A stretch of 64,000 nt of DNA. Source: Camelus dromedarius. Lineage: Eukaryota. The stretch lies in the NCBI RefSeq assembly GCF_036321535.1, contig NC_087472.1, positions 92,568,001-92,632,000 of the forward strand. Reading direction: 5' to 3'. Of the stretch, positions 12,170 to 25,085 are shown one piece after another. The position numbers and the translations under genes are program-made. The notes under the pieces were generated by a model, which was not told the DNA's origin, searched no databases, and saw only the letters and a list, made by a program, of their open reading frames with translations. Positions within the stretch are counted from its first letter, which is position 1. Every line of letters begins with the position of its first letter.

Positions 12170-12970
12170 AACAAATCAGCGATAGCATCTAAAATTAAAA
12201 TACCTGTTTAAAGGTTCTAAAAAAAGCTTTTCAAGATCCAAATTTTTTATTTGTCTAGGAAAAGAAACAGTTGGATGTTCTGTTATTTCCTATTTGCAGA
12301 TGCATAAAGCGATCACTTTAGAAAATGAACACTTTGTTAAATTTATAGCTGGTGTGTTCTCATTTAGACTAATCTATGCTGGCTCAGCTTAACTACTGCA
12401 TTGTCAGTGCCTGTCTTACTAAGCACACCCAGCAAATTTCACAACGGCCAACATTGTAATAATGCATTATATATATTTTCCAAACATTACAGAATAACTG
12501 TACATTTTATGGAAAGGGAACAACAGGAGAAAATTAAAAAGGAAGAAAGATGCATTAAAGATGAATTTCAATTAACAGCCAGGCACCTGAACATTGACGT
12601 GGTTACTTATTTCCTCCCTTGCAGATTAATGACTGTGTTTACCCCCCTGATATTGAAAAGGACATAATACATCTTGACAAATGATTAAAGAGGCTGCAGT
12701 AGAGTTTATTTCTTGGTAGTGTCAACTGCCCTTCCTTTGGCATGATGTGAAAAGCTTATATCAACTGTAATTTTTAGTAACACACTTCTGTAGGGTTCTC
12801 TTACAACTTTATAAAACAAGTGTGACAAACTGATTATGCTAACAAGTGTGAGCTGCAGTGAGTGGTTTATTGAAGACTGCATCTGGTTTCTAAATGAGAA
12901 GAATGATGACAATGTTACACATTAAAATCAATAGTTGTTTAATATTTATATAAAGCCTAAAGATTTGTGA
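12170..12970. promoter_or_regulatory. Candidate conserved non-coding element
   Basis: ~800 bp of repeat-free sequence rich in homeodomain-type, E-box and CRE motifs. Confidence 0.35.
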
Positions 12971-13499
12971 TAAAAGGTTAAAGATAATCTAGTCTGTCTT
13001 GTAATACTTGTTTAAGCAAGACTTTTGCATTAAATTACTGCTCAATCAGGAAACAAGTGATCAAATGAGGTGCAGTTTTGAGTGTTAGGTGAGAAAGAGT
13101 AATAGCAGCTTTAAGCATAAGCTCTTTACAGAAGAATTTTTGATTTTTGTTTTTTAAATTTCAAAATGGAATTTCTAAGATAATCACCCACTATTTAGGA
13201 CTCTGTTAACTCAAAATAATCAATGATAAACTTTTAACATCATTGTGACACGTCTGCATTTCAAGACTATTTAGGCAATGCTTGGAACTAAAAAACGGAA
13301 TTGCAAAAGAATTTTTATTTTCTCAATGTTCACTTTTTACTCTGCTTTTCTATATGCTGGTCAACTGAATTCTATATTTGAAGTAATATTTTTTTCTGGT
13401 GCACATTAGTACTTATGTTGAAGCAACCTCTTTGTCAAGCAAGAAAACTACTTATCTATCAAATACTGCTTTAGGCATATCAAATTCAAATTTACAGAA

Positions 13500-14250
13500 G
13501 GAACAATAAGTCAGAGTATTCAGGAGTAAGTGAGAGAGAGTTGACAGGATCTAGAAGGAAGCGAAGATGAGGAATGAGTATACACTCCCAAACTGGTGAC
13601 ACAGAGGTGGTGAGAAGTGCCTTGAGAAAGGTGGGGATGGGGGACTGGACTGAACAGGGAGAAAAGTACAAAGGGTAAAAGCTGTAGCTTTGGATACAAG
13701 ACAATGGAAGAGAAGAATGAAGAGAACCATTGAACGACCTGGTGGAGACGGAGAGAATGGAGAGAGAGAATCAGGAGATCACACAAGTAAGAAATTCCAA
13801 AAAGGAGTCCAAGACATGGAAAAGGGGGTGATCAACCATTTCTACTTTTGCCTGAATTTCAGGGAGACTAAAGATTTATCAAATGCCACTAGACTGACAA
13901 TAGAGAGATCACTGCATTTCAGAAGCACAGTGTAATGAACAGTTGTGGGCAAGGAGTTAAGAAGTCAGAATATGTGTGCTGAAAAAAAAAAAACAAAACA
14001 GGAACAAATATTGCAGACCTAATTCCGGAACTCTGCACACTTAAAGAAAGAAAGTGAAGTGGGAAACATGTAAAAGGTTCAAATAAAACTTGTTTCTGTT
14101 GTTGCACAAAACAGAAAGACAACCCCCTGCTTTTAGTCATAGGCCAGGAAGATACTGAGTAAAACAGATTATAAATTTTTAAACAATAGAGAAACAGGAG
14201 GGATCCAGGGAAGAATCAAAGATGAAAGTACAAAGTAGGAAAGGGAAAAG
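13500..14250 (-). mobile_element. L2 fragment (antisense)
   Basis: Purine-rich antisense L2 text, e.g. agactgacaatagagagatcactgcatttcagaagcacag. Confidence 0.6.
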
Positions 14251-17200
14251 GGGTATCTCTTGATAACAGAAATGCTGGTAGAAATAAGTGTGTTTAAACA
14301 GTGCATAATGAAAATTTCTAAGTGCCAGTATGTATAACTTTTGTAACAAATATCTGCACAACTTTTACTTCTATGATTTAAAGCAGAGATTTACCAGGAG
14401 TAATGAACAGGATGAATAAAACCACTGCACAATTACTAACAATGGAAATGTCATCATTTGTGACATATTTCTTACAGATATGACACCAGTAAAGTCCCAG
14501 CTTTCATCAGTCAATTCTACCCAAAAAAATGGTATGTGAATTTAATCTCCTACTACAGAGTTAAATGGAATACAGAGAAGAATGGCATTTTGAATGGATG
14601 ATCCCATAATGACCTCTAAATTATACAAATTAAGAAATGAAATGACCAGAAACTTGGGTGCAGTTTAATTCTGATATCAGAGGAAAATTAAAAATTGGTG
14701 AAACAGAATTCCTGAATAACAAAAGAAATTCTTATTTAGGAGAAGCATGACTTGATACTGGAAAAGTAGTGTGAAACAGTTCTTTCTTCCAGAGCTCTCC
14801 TATGTTCTCAGTCCCTCTCCTTTCCCACCCACAGTTCCTAAGAGTATAGTCCCTATGCATTGCCTTTCTCTACCTCCCCTACTTCATTAGTCACCCCTGA
14901 AATTCAACTTACTAAGGTCCCCAAAGCCCCCCTAATCGCCAAATCCAATGGACATGTTTCAGTTTTTATCCTCCTCAGTTTCTCTCTTGATTCTAAAATG
15001 TTTGATCATTCTTAGAATATGGTAAGCCTTTCAAATGTAGTTGCAAATGCATGACTGAATGAGTTCATCAATGGATTAATATATAAAGGAAAGATTAATT
15101 GAATGGCCTTAAGCATTACTGGATGTACTATAAAAAAACTGATCTGGTCCACAAAGCAATAAAACAAAAGATATAGATCAAATGCTGGAGGAAAAGAGTG
15201 AAACAGAGTAGAAATTTGGAAATTAGTATAGTGTGAATTTTCTTTAATCAGAAAATTTCAATGCATGGATAGACAATCATGAATTGGAGATGCTGAAAGG
15301 GGGAAATTATATTGAGAACTGAGTCAGATTTAATGATTTCCATGATCATGCAAATCAGGATTCTAATATTTTATTATGGAACAATAATAAATGATATGTC
15401 CGCATAGATACAGACAATTGTGAATTGAGGAAATGGAATGCAATGAACATCAAGGCAAATTACTGACTTAGACAATCAAGAGGGTCATAATTAGAAGGAA
15501 GAAGTTTTGTTAACACACTTTTAAAGCCTATCAACAAGTTTGTAAATGAGTGACATAACTACTATCAATGATGTGATGACAGGCATAGATCTTCCAAATA
15601 ATATTATGTCAGAGAATACTGCAACCCTGAATGAATACTCCATTTCTTCAAACAGTCAATACTGTCCATTATATGCATGTAGTGGTGATCGTCCTTAATA
15701 AACAGATTGAGATTTTCTTTAAAGTCTGTCTTTTTGCTTATGCTTAAGATTTTTTTTCCCTGCATAGACTCTAGGTTCCTTCACTTCAACATCCAGCATG
15801 ACTATGATGAAACTCTAGAAACTCCTAACAAAGCCTTCAGGTCTAGCTTTGTAAATCTCTGTTGGAATGGAAAACATAGCAGAGGCATTAAAACCTTGTA
15901 AAAGAAAGTCCCCTGTTGCTATAGTAATGTCTAGTTCCTAAAGGCTCAAAGAAAGAAGTCTTTTCTCTGATTCACCTGGGTTCTGTTTTTGCATTGGTGA
16001 TATTTAGATGATTAAAGGTTTTTGAGAGAGAAGCATTTGCTATAACCAAGGAGAGACTTCACGTTCAGTTTTAGTCTATAAAATCAGATTGTGGGCACAC
16101 AAATCCACATTCAGTTAATTCACTGAGACAACATACAATGTGTGGTAGTGACTCACCATTCATTCAGAATGCTCCTTCCATGTTTTTCTTTCCTAGTGCA
16201 ATGTCCTAGTGCAACTAAATATTGTGTCTTTTTCCATTAGTCAATTTGCTTCTAACAGATTCACACTGAATCATATCATTTGATCAGAGTTTACAGGGAA
16301 GAGTCATATTCATTCACTACCAATATTCAAAATAAAGGAAAAAGTGAAATGTTGATTCACTATTAAATATAACCTACAGTCCTAATTTGCAAAAATAATA
16401 AAATGTAATACTTTGTCTTGTTTGCAATTTATCACTGGTTCTTGTGCAATGAACATACATGACTCTAGGAAATATCTAACTTTCAGACACCTATTGGAAA
16501 TACACGTATATCTGTGTATGTGCATATGTATTATTCTGTTTAAAAACATTTTCTAAATATCACAGCTGTATAAAAGTGGCTTAAAACTTGAAATGCATTA
16601 TAGAGTTGCTATACTGATGTTATAGTAATACATACACACATAGAATATTTTAATACTTGGTATATAAAAACCTCAATAGCAAATGTTACATTGTCACACT
16701 GAAAGGATAATCATTATCCAAAATGTACACATTGCTTCTTTTCTATATAAATATACATACAAAACTTCTTACCTTGTCTAGAAATTCAACCTACAATGAT
16801 ATTTACAACAAGATGTTCCATTTTTAACTATTTTGAAGAGTCTATAAAGGATGTTCCAGAGTAACAAATGTTGATCAAATTTAAGAAGAAATATATCAAA
16901 TTTATTTATGGTGTTTTTACTCATGTGATCCCATTGGGCTAAATATCTATTTATGTTTCCTTGAAAGATGGACTATAATGTAATAATATGGCACATTTTA
17001 AATTATTCCTTCTACTACACCATTTACTTTGCAAACACGCCCTCTACAGTAGTGAAAGCCACTAGAAGTTCCTCAGGAACACATGTTCACAAAGAGAACA
17101 GAACGCCTTAGTCTCTGTGTTTCCTGTGAACCTTCTAGTATAGATTTTATCATGCTATACTGTTTGTATTTATCTCCCACTTTACACTGTGAGCTCTTTG

Positions 17201-19220
17201 AGACCAGGGATCACACTTTAGGCATTTTGATCTTCGCATGCAATGTGGCCAGGCTATAAATAACTACTGAATTAATGAATGATAATAAATGAATAACACT
17301 TATCACAATCTACTATCTATTTTTATCAGTTATGTACAAGTCTAATGACCACTTTATGCACTAAATAATAAAATTCTTCTGCTCTATACATATTTGGATA
17401 GCTTTTTTCTCTGGCACACTAATCAGATGTTTGGTAAATATTAAATTTTAATTTGAGATGTGTAAAGTTTAGGAGTAATAAAAATATGAACCAAAAATTT
17501 TCCTATGGCTCTTTCAAAGACTTTTTAAAGACAATAACAATTACTCCCTTGTCTGTATTTTCTTCTGAGTTACAGGGGAGAAATTTTGCCCCCCACAGGC
17601 ATTAGGCTTTGATACACATGGCTCTAGTTTCCAAGATGAGCTTCTTTCTGAAGATAAAATTCCTCGCACTTTCTTTGGGGGATGGATTTGAGATGCCTTA
17701 CAAATAACAATGGATACTGCTCTATCTTGAAACCTCAGAAATATTCCACAAATAGACTACAAGCCCATTGGCATCAGTAGAGATTTAAGTCTAATATAAG
17801 GTCTTTCTTAGTACTCATCTTTAATTATCCTATTGAGAAATTTTCTTTTTTTAATAATACACCTTTCACCTGAATCAGCCTGGCATCTACTATCAATAGT
17901 AGGCTTCTAAAATATAGTTCAAATTTGAAACAAAATTTTATACAATTTACTGTGATATTTAGGAAATGTTTTAAAACAGAGTAATATGACCAGTATGAAA
18001 TTTTGCAGTCAAAGCTGCAATGTCATACTGACCTTCGAAACTTATGAGGCTTATTTGTAAAAGAACATTATTACCTAACATTACAAAGTTAAAATAATAG
18101 CAACCATTAAACTCTTTGAGAATTCATGTTGGATTACCAATATGGAATTCCTGAGAATAATAAAGACTTCAGATACCCAGACACCAATCCAACATTGCTG
18201 GCTATAGTTTAGAATCAAACAAAGCATTTTATTTAGAGTTCAAAACTCACAAAGCCTTGTGAACAGGTCAAGCAGACTCTAATATGCTACATCTGCTCCT
18301 GTGGTTCCTCCATTTTTTTAGATAAAATGTCATTCAAACAGTGTTTTCCCTATTCCCACATGAGTTCTTAGACTATTCAGAAAACTCACGGGGAGAAAGA
18401 TTACTTATTCATGAAAGCAGGGTTTCTTTGGTCAAACTAGATTTGATTGGCATGAGCAGCAACTATGTCTGACTCCAAAGATTTAAATATTCATTATAGC
18501 ATAATCATGGCATTTAAATATCTAAGCATTAGAAGTTTCAAAGTAATTCTCATTTTGGAATAAATGTGGCCTATTTTGCATAGATGACCTAACAGAATGA
18601 CAAAGCATTATATTCTTATAAATTTACTGTTTGGCAAAATAAAATTTAGAATATTTAGAATTTTGTTAAAATACCTTACCAAATGTTGCTTAGATTATTA
18701 AACAATTTTATCCAACAATTGATAAACAAATGAGAAACAGCTCCTTAAATTATCTGTATATGTATGCCTCTCTTTGAATGAATTAAGTCTTCCTGTAATT
18801 ATATGCATAAATTAAAATTTTATGACTTGATCACTGTATGTAAAATCAAGGATAATTCAATCACTCTAGGAGAATGCTTTCATAAACTGCTCCCCTTGCC
18901 ACAGAACTGCAGTATAGATATACATGTGAGGCTGGAGGTATATACACACACATAAATATTTCAGCATTGAACTTGCAAAAATCTGTACATAACAGACATG
19001 AGACACTCAACTGAAATATTATAAAATCTCTCTCAAGTTTCTAATTTATTACTGGGCATATTTCTTTCACAGAATGTAGGACATCTTTTGACAGTGAACC
19101 TAAGCTGAAGTTTAGATTTTAGTGATAAAATTCCAATTGAACTCACTATTAAAAACAAGCAATAAAACAACCCAAGAAAATGTTCAATTTCTAGATCAAT
19201 TTAGTTTATAGAAGAAATGT

Positions 19221-19876
19221 ATTTTTAAAAGTAACTGTTGAGCTATAATTATCATACAAATATAAATGCAATCCATATTTAATGGGTAGAATTTGTTAAG
19301 TCTTAGCATATGTATACACCCAGGAAATCATCACTACAATAAAAACAATGAACGTATATATCACACCTAAAAGTTCCCTCAAGCCCCTTTGTAACCTGTT
19401 CTTTTCCACCCCACCTCTACTGCCTTTAAGTAACCACTGATCTGTTGTCTTTCACTATAGATTAGTTCGCATCTTCTAAAATTTCATAAAAATGGAAACA
19501 CACAGTGTACTCTTCCTTTGTTTGGCTTCTTTCATTCAGCATGATCATTCTGAGATTCACCCCTGTTGTTATATGTATCAATAGTTTAATTCATTTTTAT
19601 TACTGACTTGTATTCCATGTAAGAATAAACCACCATTAAAAAAAATCAATTCATCTGTTCATAAACATTTGGACTGTTTCCAGTTTTTAACTATTACAAA
19701 TAAAGCTGATATGTTCATTCATGTACAATTCTGCATAGACATATGCTTTCATTTCTCAAGGGTAAATACCCAGAAGTAGAATGGCTGGGTTATCAATTAG
19801 GGGTATTTTTAACTTTCTAAGAAACTAACCAACTGTTCTGTAACACAGCTGTACTATTTTACATCCCCATCATAGT
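19221..19876 (-). mobile_element. L1MB/MC 3' portion
   Basis: taaccactgatctgttgtctttcactatagattag...ggcttctttcattcagcatga...ggtaaatacccagaagtagaatggctgggt. Confidence 0.9.
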
Positions 19877-20094
19877 TGGTTCCTATGGGCTGTTTCTTTA
19901 GTTGGACCACACATGGGCTGTATGAACATTTATTAGGACAGAAGCATCCCTTTTCCATTCAGTGTATACTGTATATGATGAAATCCATTTGTTGGAACTG
20001 AAACATAGGTTGAGTATTCTAAATAATTATAAAAGTGTTTTTTTTTTCTCTGCTCTCACAAGTAACAGGTTGTGATGAAGTACACAAATAAGAA

Positions 20095-20325
20095 CACTCA
20101 GCATTTACTGAGTGCTTACCATGTACCTGTCTCTAAGTGGTTAATATATATTATATCACATAAATACCTATAATAACCCTGTGAGGAAAGGTACTAAAAC
20201 TGAATCCCATCTTACAGATGAAGAAATTCAAGGAATAAGTAAGTTGCCCCTGGTCACACAACTCACTGGCAGATCCAGGCTTTGAATTTGCCAGTCTGAG
20301 CTCAGGCTTTCAGCTCTTAATCACA
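20095..20325. mobile_element. MIR
   Basis: catttactgagtgcttaccatgtacc...cccatcttacagatgaagaaa...taagttgcccctggtcacac. Confidence 0.85.
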
Positions 20326-21324
20326 ATAAATACTCCCTCCCATCAACTACACACTACTGAAGAGTTGTAATTTATACTAAAAAGCTATGAACTATCCTTC
20401 AGATGATGGCATGCCTTTGGTCGATTTCCAAAGTGCTAAATTGATTCTTTTCACCAATTCTGTCCAGCTTCACTATTCCTTTTTTGGAGAAAGGGTTCAC
20501 TGATCTTCATACTTGACCAATAGCCAAAAATCTTATCTCTAAAAATCTATTTCTGAATACACACTAACTTTTAGCAATAATATTTCTTAATACAAAAAAT
20601 GTTAAAAACTAATACCATACTCTATACCCAGATTATCAACTATTAAACAATTCTAAAGTCTTCATGGTTCCTACAATTTTTCACAGATAAAGTAAATATA
20701 ACCTCGATAACTTAAATCTAGTATTACTAGTAAGAGAAAAAATTCATCTAACACCTCTCTCCAATGGTCAACCCAATTTTAAATTTCTTTAGTCTTTACT
20801 TTCACAATTTATATACATTTGTTCTACCAGAAAATTTGTCAGTGATCTGATTGTGATAAAGAGTGTACAATTCACAAATGTTGAATATAACTCCCAGATC
20901 TTTACCTCAAAGAATTTTACAAGTAGAATATAATTCTTTAGTAAAACACATATCAACTGCTACATACAGAATCAAGTTCCAAATTTTGAAACAACCCATA
21001 CAAAACATTTTATAAAGCAGCAAAATGAATAGTCTTCCTTTAAAACCACCCCTCAACTACTTGATATATTTTATATGATTAAAAATGAATGAATATAGGC
21101 ATTTTATAAACACATAAATGATATAAATTAAAAATTTCAATGTATTTAGAATTGAGACCCAACTGTCACTGTAAGATTTTCAAACCCAATTAGAAGAGGT
21201 AGATTCCAGAGATTTTCCTCTTTCCAGGAAACAAATGGCATAACTGTACTGAGAAATTTGAGGACAGTTTCATATAAAAAAAATAACATTGTCAATATTG
21301 TCAAGACAAAGCCAAGTGACAGAA

Positions 21325-21638
21325 CAGACATTGGAGCCCAGTTAGAGAGGGCAAGCTGGCCAGAGAGGGTTTTTTGACAGGAGCTGTGATTTTGGATGGG
21401 ATTACCAGTTCACTTCAAATACCACCTTATAGAAAAGGGGCTAGAAAAACAAATACCCCACAGTCAGTCTTCCCCCTCTGAATGATCTCCTTCTGGTGTT
21501 CCTCACTGGCTACACCCACCTGGAAAACAGGACAGGGAGCCCCTGATGCTTCCCTATAGATACTCCTCCCTGGGCACAAAGCATGTTGGGGAAGACTGGA
21601 CACGGATCTGGGGGAACAAACTAGAGATATTCAAGACA
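21325..21638. mobile_element. MLT1 (ERVL-MaLR) LTR fragment, MLT1K/J-like
   Basis: A GC-richer block: gatctccttctggtgttcctcactggc...cctccctgggcacaaagca...ggatctgggggaacaaactagagatattcaagaca. Confidence 0.75.
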
Positions 21639-22363
21639 TTGCCTTTGAGTTTATAACTGAAAACATGACTTCTCTCTTTTTATACACGTATATAAGATTT
21701 ATTTAAAAGAGTATATTGTAGTAAATTCATTTCTTAAATTACAGCCCATTTACATGATTTAATTCTAGTAAATTAGATTTTCTACAAGGCTAATGTTAAG
21801 ACATGTGACTGAGAGTCACTTTTGTTTTTACCTTGTTGTGAATATGTACATCTAGAACCAGACGGGTGAGTATGATGATTAGGAAGCATACTAAAGTTTT
21901 TGGCTCTTTATTGTGATTTTCCCATATGTATTTTAGTTGTGTATTTAAAACATTTAATTAAGATATATATTTATTCACAAACATGGATCCTTTTTTCCCC
22001 TAAGCATTTGGTTTTATAAGTAGCAGCAACTAGAATATAGTTCAAACATCCTTCTTGCTGTTACAAGAAGAATGACTTGGTTTTTACCACTCTGTCTCTA
22101 TAATGAAAACTCTAGTGTTATAAGAATCGCTTTCTGCAATTGCTTTTATGGAATTCTCAACATGCTAAGTTTACTCCTTTTAAAAGAACTGATAAAAAAT
22201 GACACAAAAACTCATTTTATAAGGCCTTGAAAGCTAATGTACTCTACTTCGCCAATATTAGGTGTGCTAAAATTTCAAATGGGATAAAAAACACCTAATT
22301 CCAATCTCATATATTCTATACTGATATAGACAGTATGCATTTAGAGTCACTTTAAGGAATGTA

Positions 22364-22399
22364 GTGTGTGTGTGTGTGTGTGTGTGCGTGTGTGTGTGT
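22364..22399. repeat. (TG)n microsatellite with one interruption
   Basis: Directly visible. Confidence 0.95.
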
Positions 22400-24320
22400 A
22401 TACACACAAACACCACATTACACCTTGGGTGTTTTACAACATTTGTTTTACAACATTCCTAATCACTGGAAAACTTGAGGGAAATTTTTACTACAGCATT
22501 TTTTTTAAAAGCCGTGAAAAACACCAACAATAATGTACTGTTAAACAGACCCTGTGAGTAAAGGCTTCCTATTTGCTTAATTAGTTCTAAGGTGGTTTAG
22601 TCTACCAGGTTTCTTAACTTCGTGCTATTCATAAATTTTAAGTTGGTTTTCTCCATTTTAATAGAGTTCAAAACCTCAACTGATTTCAGACAGATCATAT
22701 TAATTCACAGTTCAATACACTATTAATAGCTCGATTTGCTATGTCTTTAAACAAGTTTAAAATGTCAAATGGAACCCATTAGACAACATGATTCAGCTCA
22801 CTTCAATGTTTCAATGGGTCAGCAAGACTCTGTACCTGTCACTAACCACAAGGAATACCCACAACAGAAGTTGAGTAGGAATTTTCTGTTTATATTCAGT
22901 ATATAGCTTATGAGATTTGTAAGAATTTTCCCAAAGATTTTCACTAAAAGTGAAGGTGTATTTGCCAGTAATGCTTCATGGGTTTTTTTTTTTTAATCTG
23001 TCTCTGAAGTCTTCCTGGTATTTCTACCAAACACACAAAGATAATTTATTTTCTATTAACGTTCACTTTGGTAAGACTTCGATCGCATTCCTTATGAGTT
23101 CATTGCCTAAGAAAATTCATTTTCTCCAGATAAACTCATTGTAAAATAGCAATCAAGTCCTTTACCTACTCTGGCTAATTTTCAGCATTTGAAGAATATC
23201 TCAAACCACAGTTTTGCTATTTTATTAGAGTATACACATGAAACTAACAGTTTTTCTATAAAAACTTTAATTTCTGCTATCACTGAAAAAATCTGTTAAA
23301 ATATTTAATGAACACATGCATCTTCATTTTCAAAGATGATACATACATTCATCACATGCATTTATTAAACCAACTATACCTTATATATATAACATAGGAA
23401 CTTCTTTCAGAGTACACAGTTTTGTTTTTCCAATTTCCCAAATTAATAGGTATTATGGGACCTCTGACCTACAATACTATCATATTAGCATATAAGTTAT
23501 CAGTTTACTGTCAGGTATATTTTCATTTTCAATGAACTGAACAAAATAATATGTCCTGAGATTGTGGAATTGAATAAAACTGTTATAGTTACAATCTATA
23601 CTGGGCCTCATGCAAATTTATTGAGTAAAATTTGAAAAGAACCCAGGTCCTTTTAAAAGCCTTTCCCCATTATGTCTGTGACATACCATGTACCAATTCT
23701 TAGCAAATAAAACCTCAGAAATCATCCACAGTGGCTTCCCTGCCACTTTTCATCCACTTCATATCAAAACAAAAGTTCTACCACTTTCAGGTGTGCCCTG
23801 ATCACTGCAACCATATAACCGTTCCCTTCTTGAAACTCTTCGTCAAAAGTGTTTCTTCTTTCAGGTATTTACCATCTTGATGTCCCTCCCTTTATTCAAA
23901 TCTCTCAGGATCTCCGAGTCCCTGGGTAAATAAAACCCAAACTCTTTAATAAATCAAACTTGATAGTTATGACCCTTACCTCTCTATTTATAAATCCACT
24001 CTCACACATGCACTTGTAGTACATGGAAGAGTATATGCTATTAATCACCTTCGAAGTTTGTCACACAGTAGTGTACTTGACGCTGGGAATGCCTTTCCTC
24101 TTTATTTGCCTGGAAAACTCCTTTGATACATCCAAAATCTTACATAAAGAATCTCATAGGAGAGGTCTACTCTGTTCCCCCTATTTCCTATAACAATACT
24201 TAATTCAGCATTTTCCTTCAGGCAGGATCCATTTTCCCTTTTTGCCTTCTCTGGCTAAAACATTTCTTTATATATTGTACACACTTAACCAGCATTACAA
24301 TCAACTATTTACTTTATGAG

Positions 24321-24326
<6 letters not shown>

Positions 24327-24353
<27 letters not shown>

Positions 24354-24381
24354 ATGTGTGTGTGTGTGTGTGTGTGTGTGT
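24327..24381. repeat. Compound (AG)n-(TG)n microsatellite
   Basis: Directly visible. Confidence 0.95.
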
Positions 24382-24749
24382 TCAGACACACAGGATAACT
24401 GATTGAACTTCTTAGTTTTCAATTAATTATTTTAATGAAATATGTTGTGTGAGGACAGTTTAAGTTGGTGATTTTTTTAATTGTGCTGTCATCAAAAAAA
24501 AACCAACTGTCAGTCAGTTATCTATCTTTCTGGTAGTTTTAACCAGTTTTCCATTCTCACAATTCATCTTTTACCAACATAGTTTTCTTTACATCTTTCT
24601 ATTGGAACATATCATCTTGTTCTATTTTCTGCTAGATTTCTTCAACAATATCTAGAAAAAGAAACAGGACTATTTTTTAAACTCTTAACTTAAAATTATA
24701 ATACACTTTAAACACCAATGGTATTTAAAATTTTTTTCTGATTATTTTT

Positions 24750-25085
24750 TCAAAATCTTAATTTTTTGAAATATAATATACATACAGAAAAGTACATACA
24801 TCATAACCTTAATGAATTTTCACAACATAAACATGCCTGATGACCATCGATCAGGTCAGGAAACAGAATAATAAGTAATCCTTTGAGCCTAACTTCTTTT
24901 GATGATGTTTGTAAACTTCATCCATGCTATAGCATGTAGTTATAATTCTATTATTTTCATTTCCAAATGTTCCCCATTGTGTGAATTTACAATGATTTCT
25001 TATCCATCCTACTGTTGATAGACGCTCACATTGTTTCAGTTTGGTAATATGAAGAATGCTGCTGCTAAACGCATTGTTTTAGTAT
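24750..25085 (-). mobile_element. L1ME-type 3' end
   Basis: ttgaaatataatatacatacagaaaagtacataca...ttcatccatgctatagcatgtag...ttatccatcctactgttgatagac. Confidence 0.75.
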
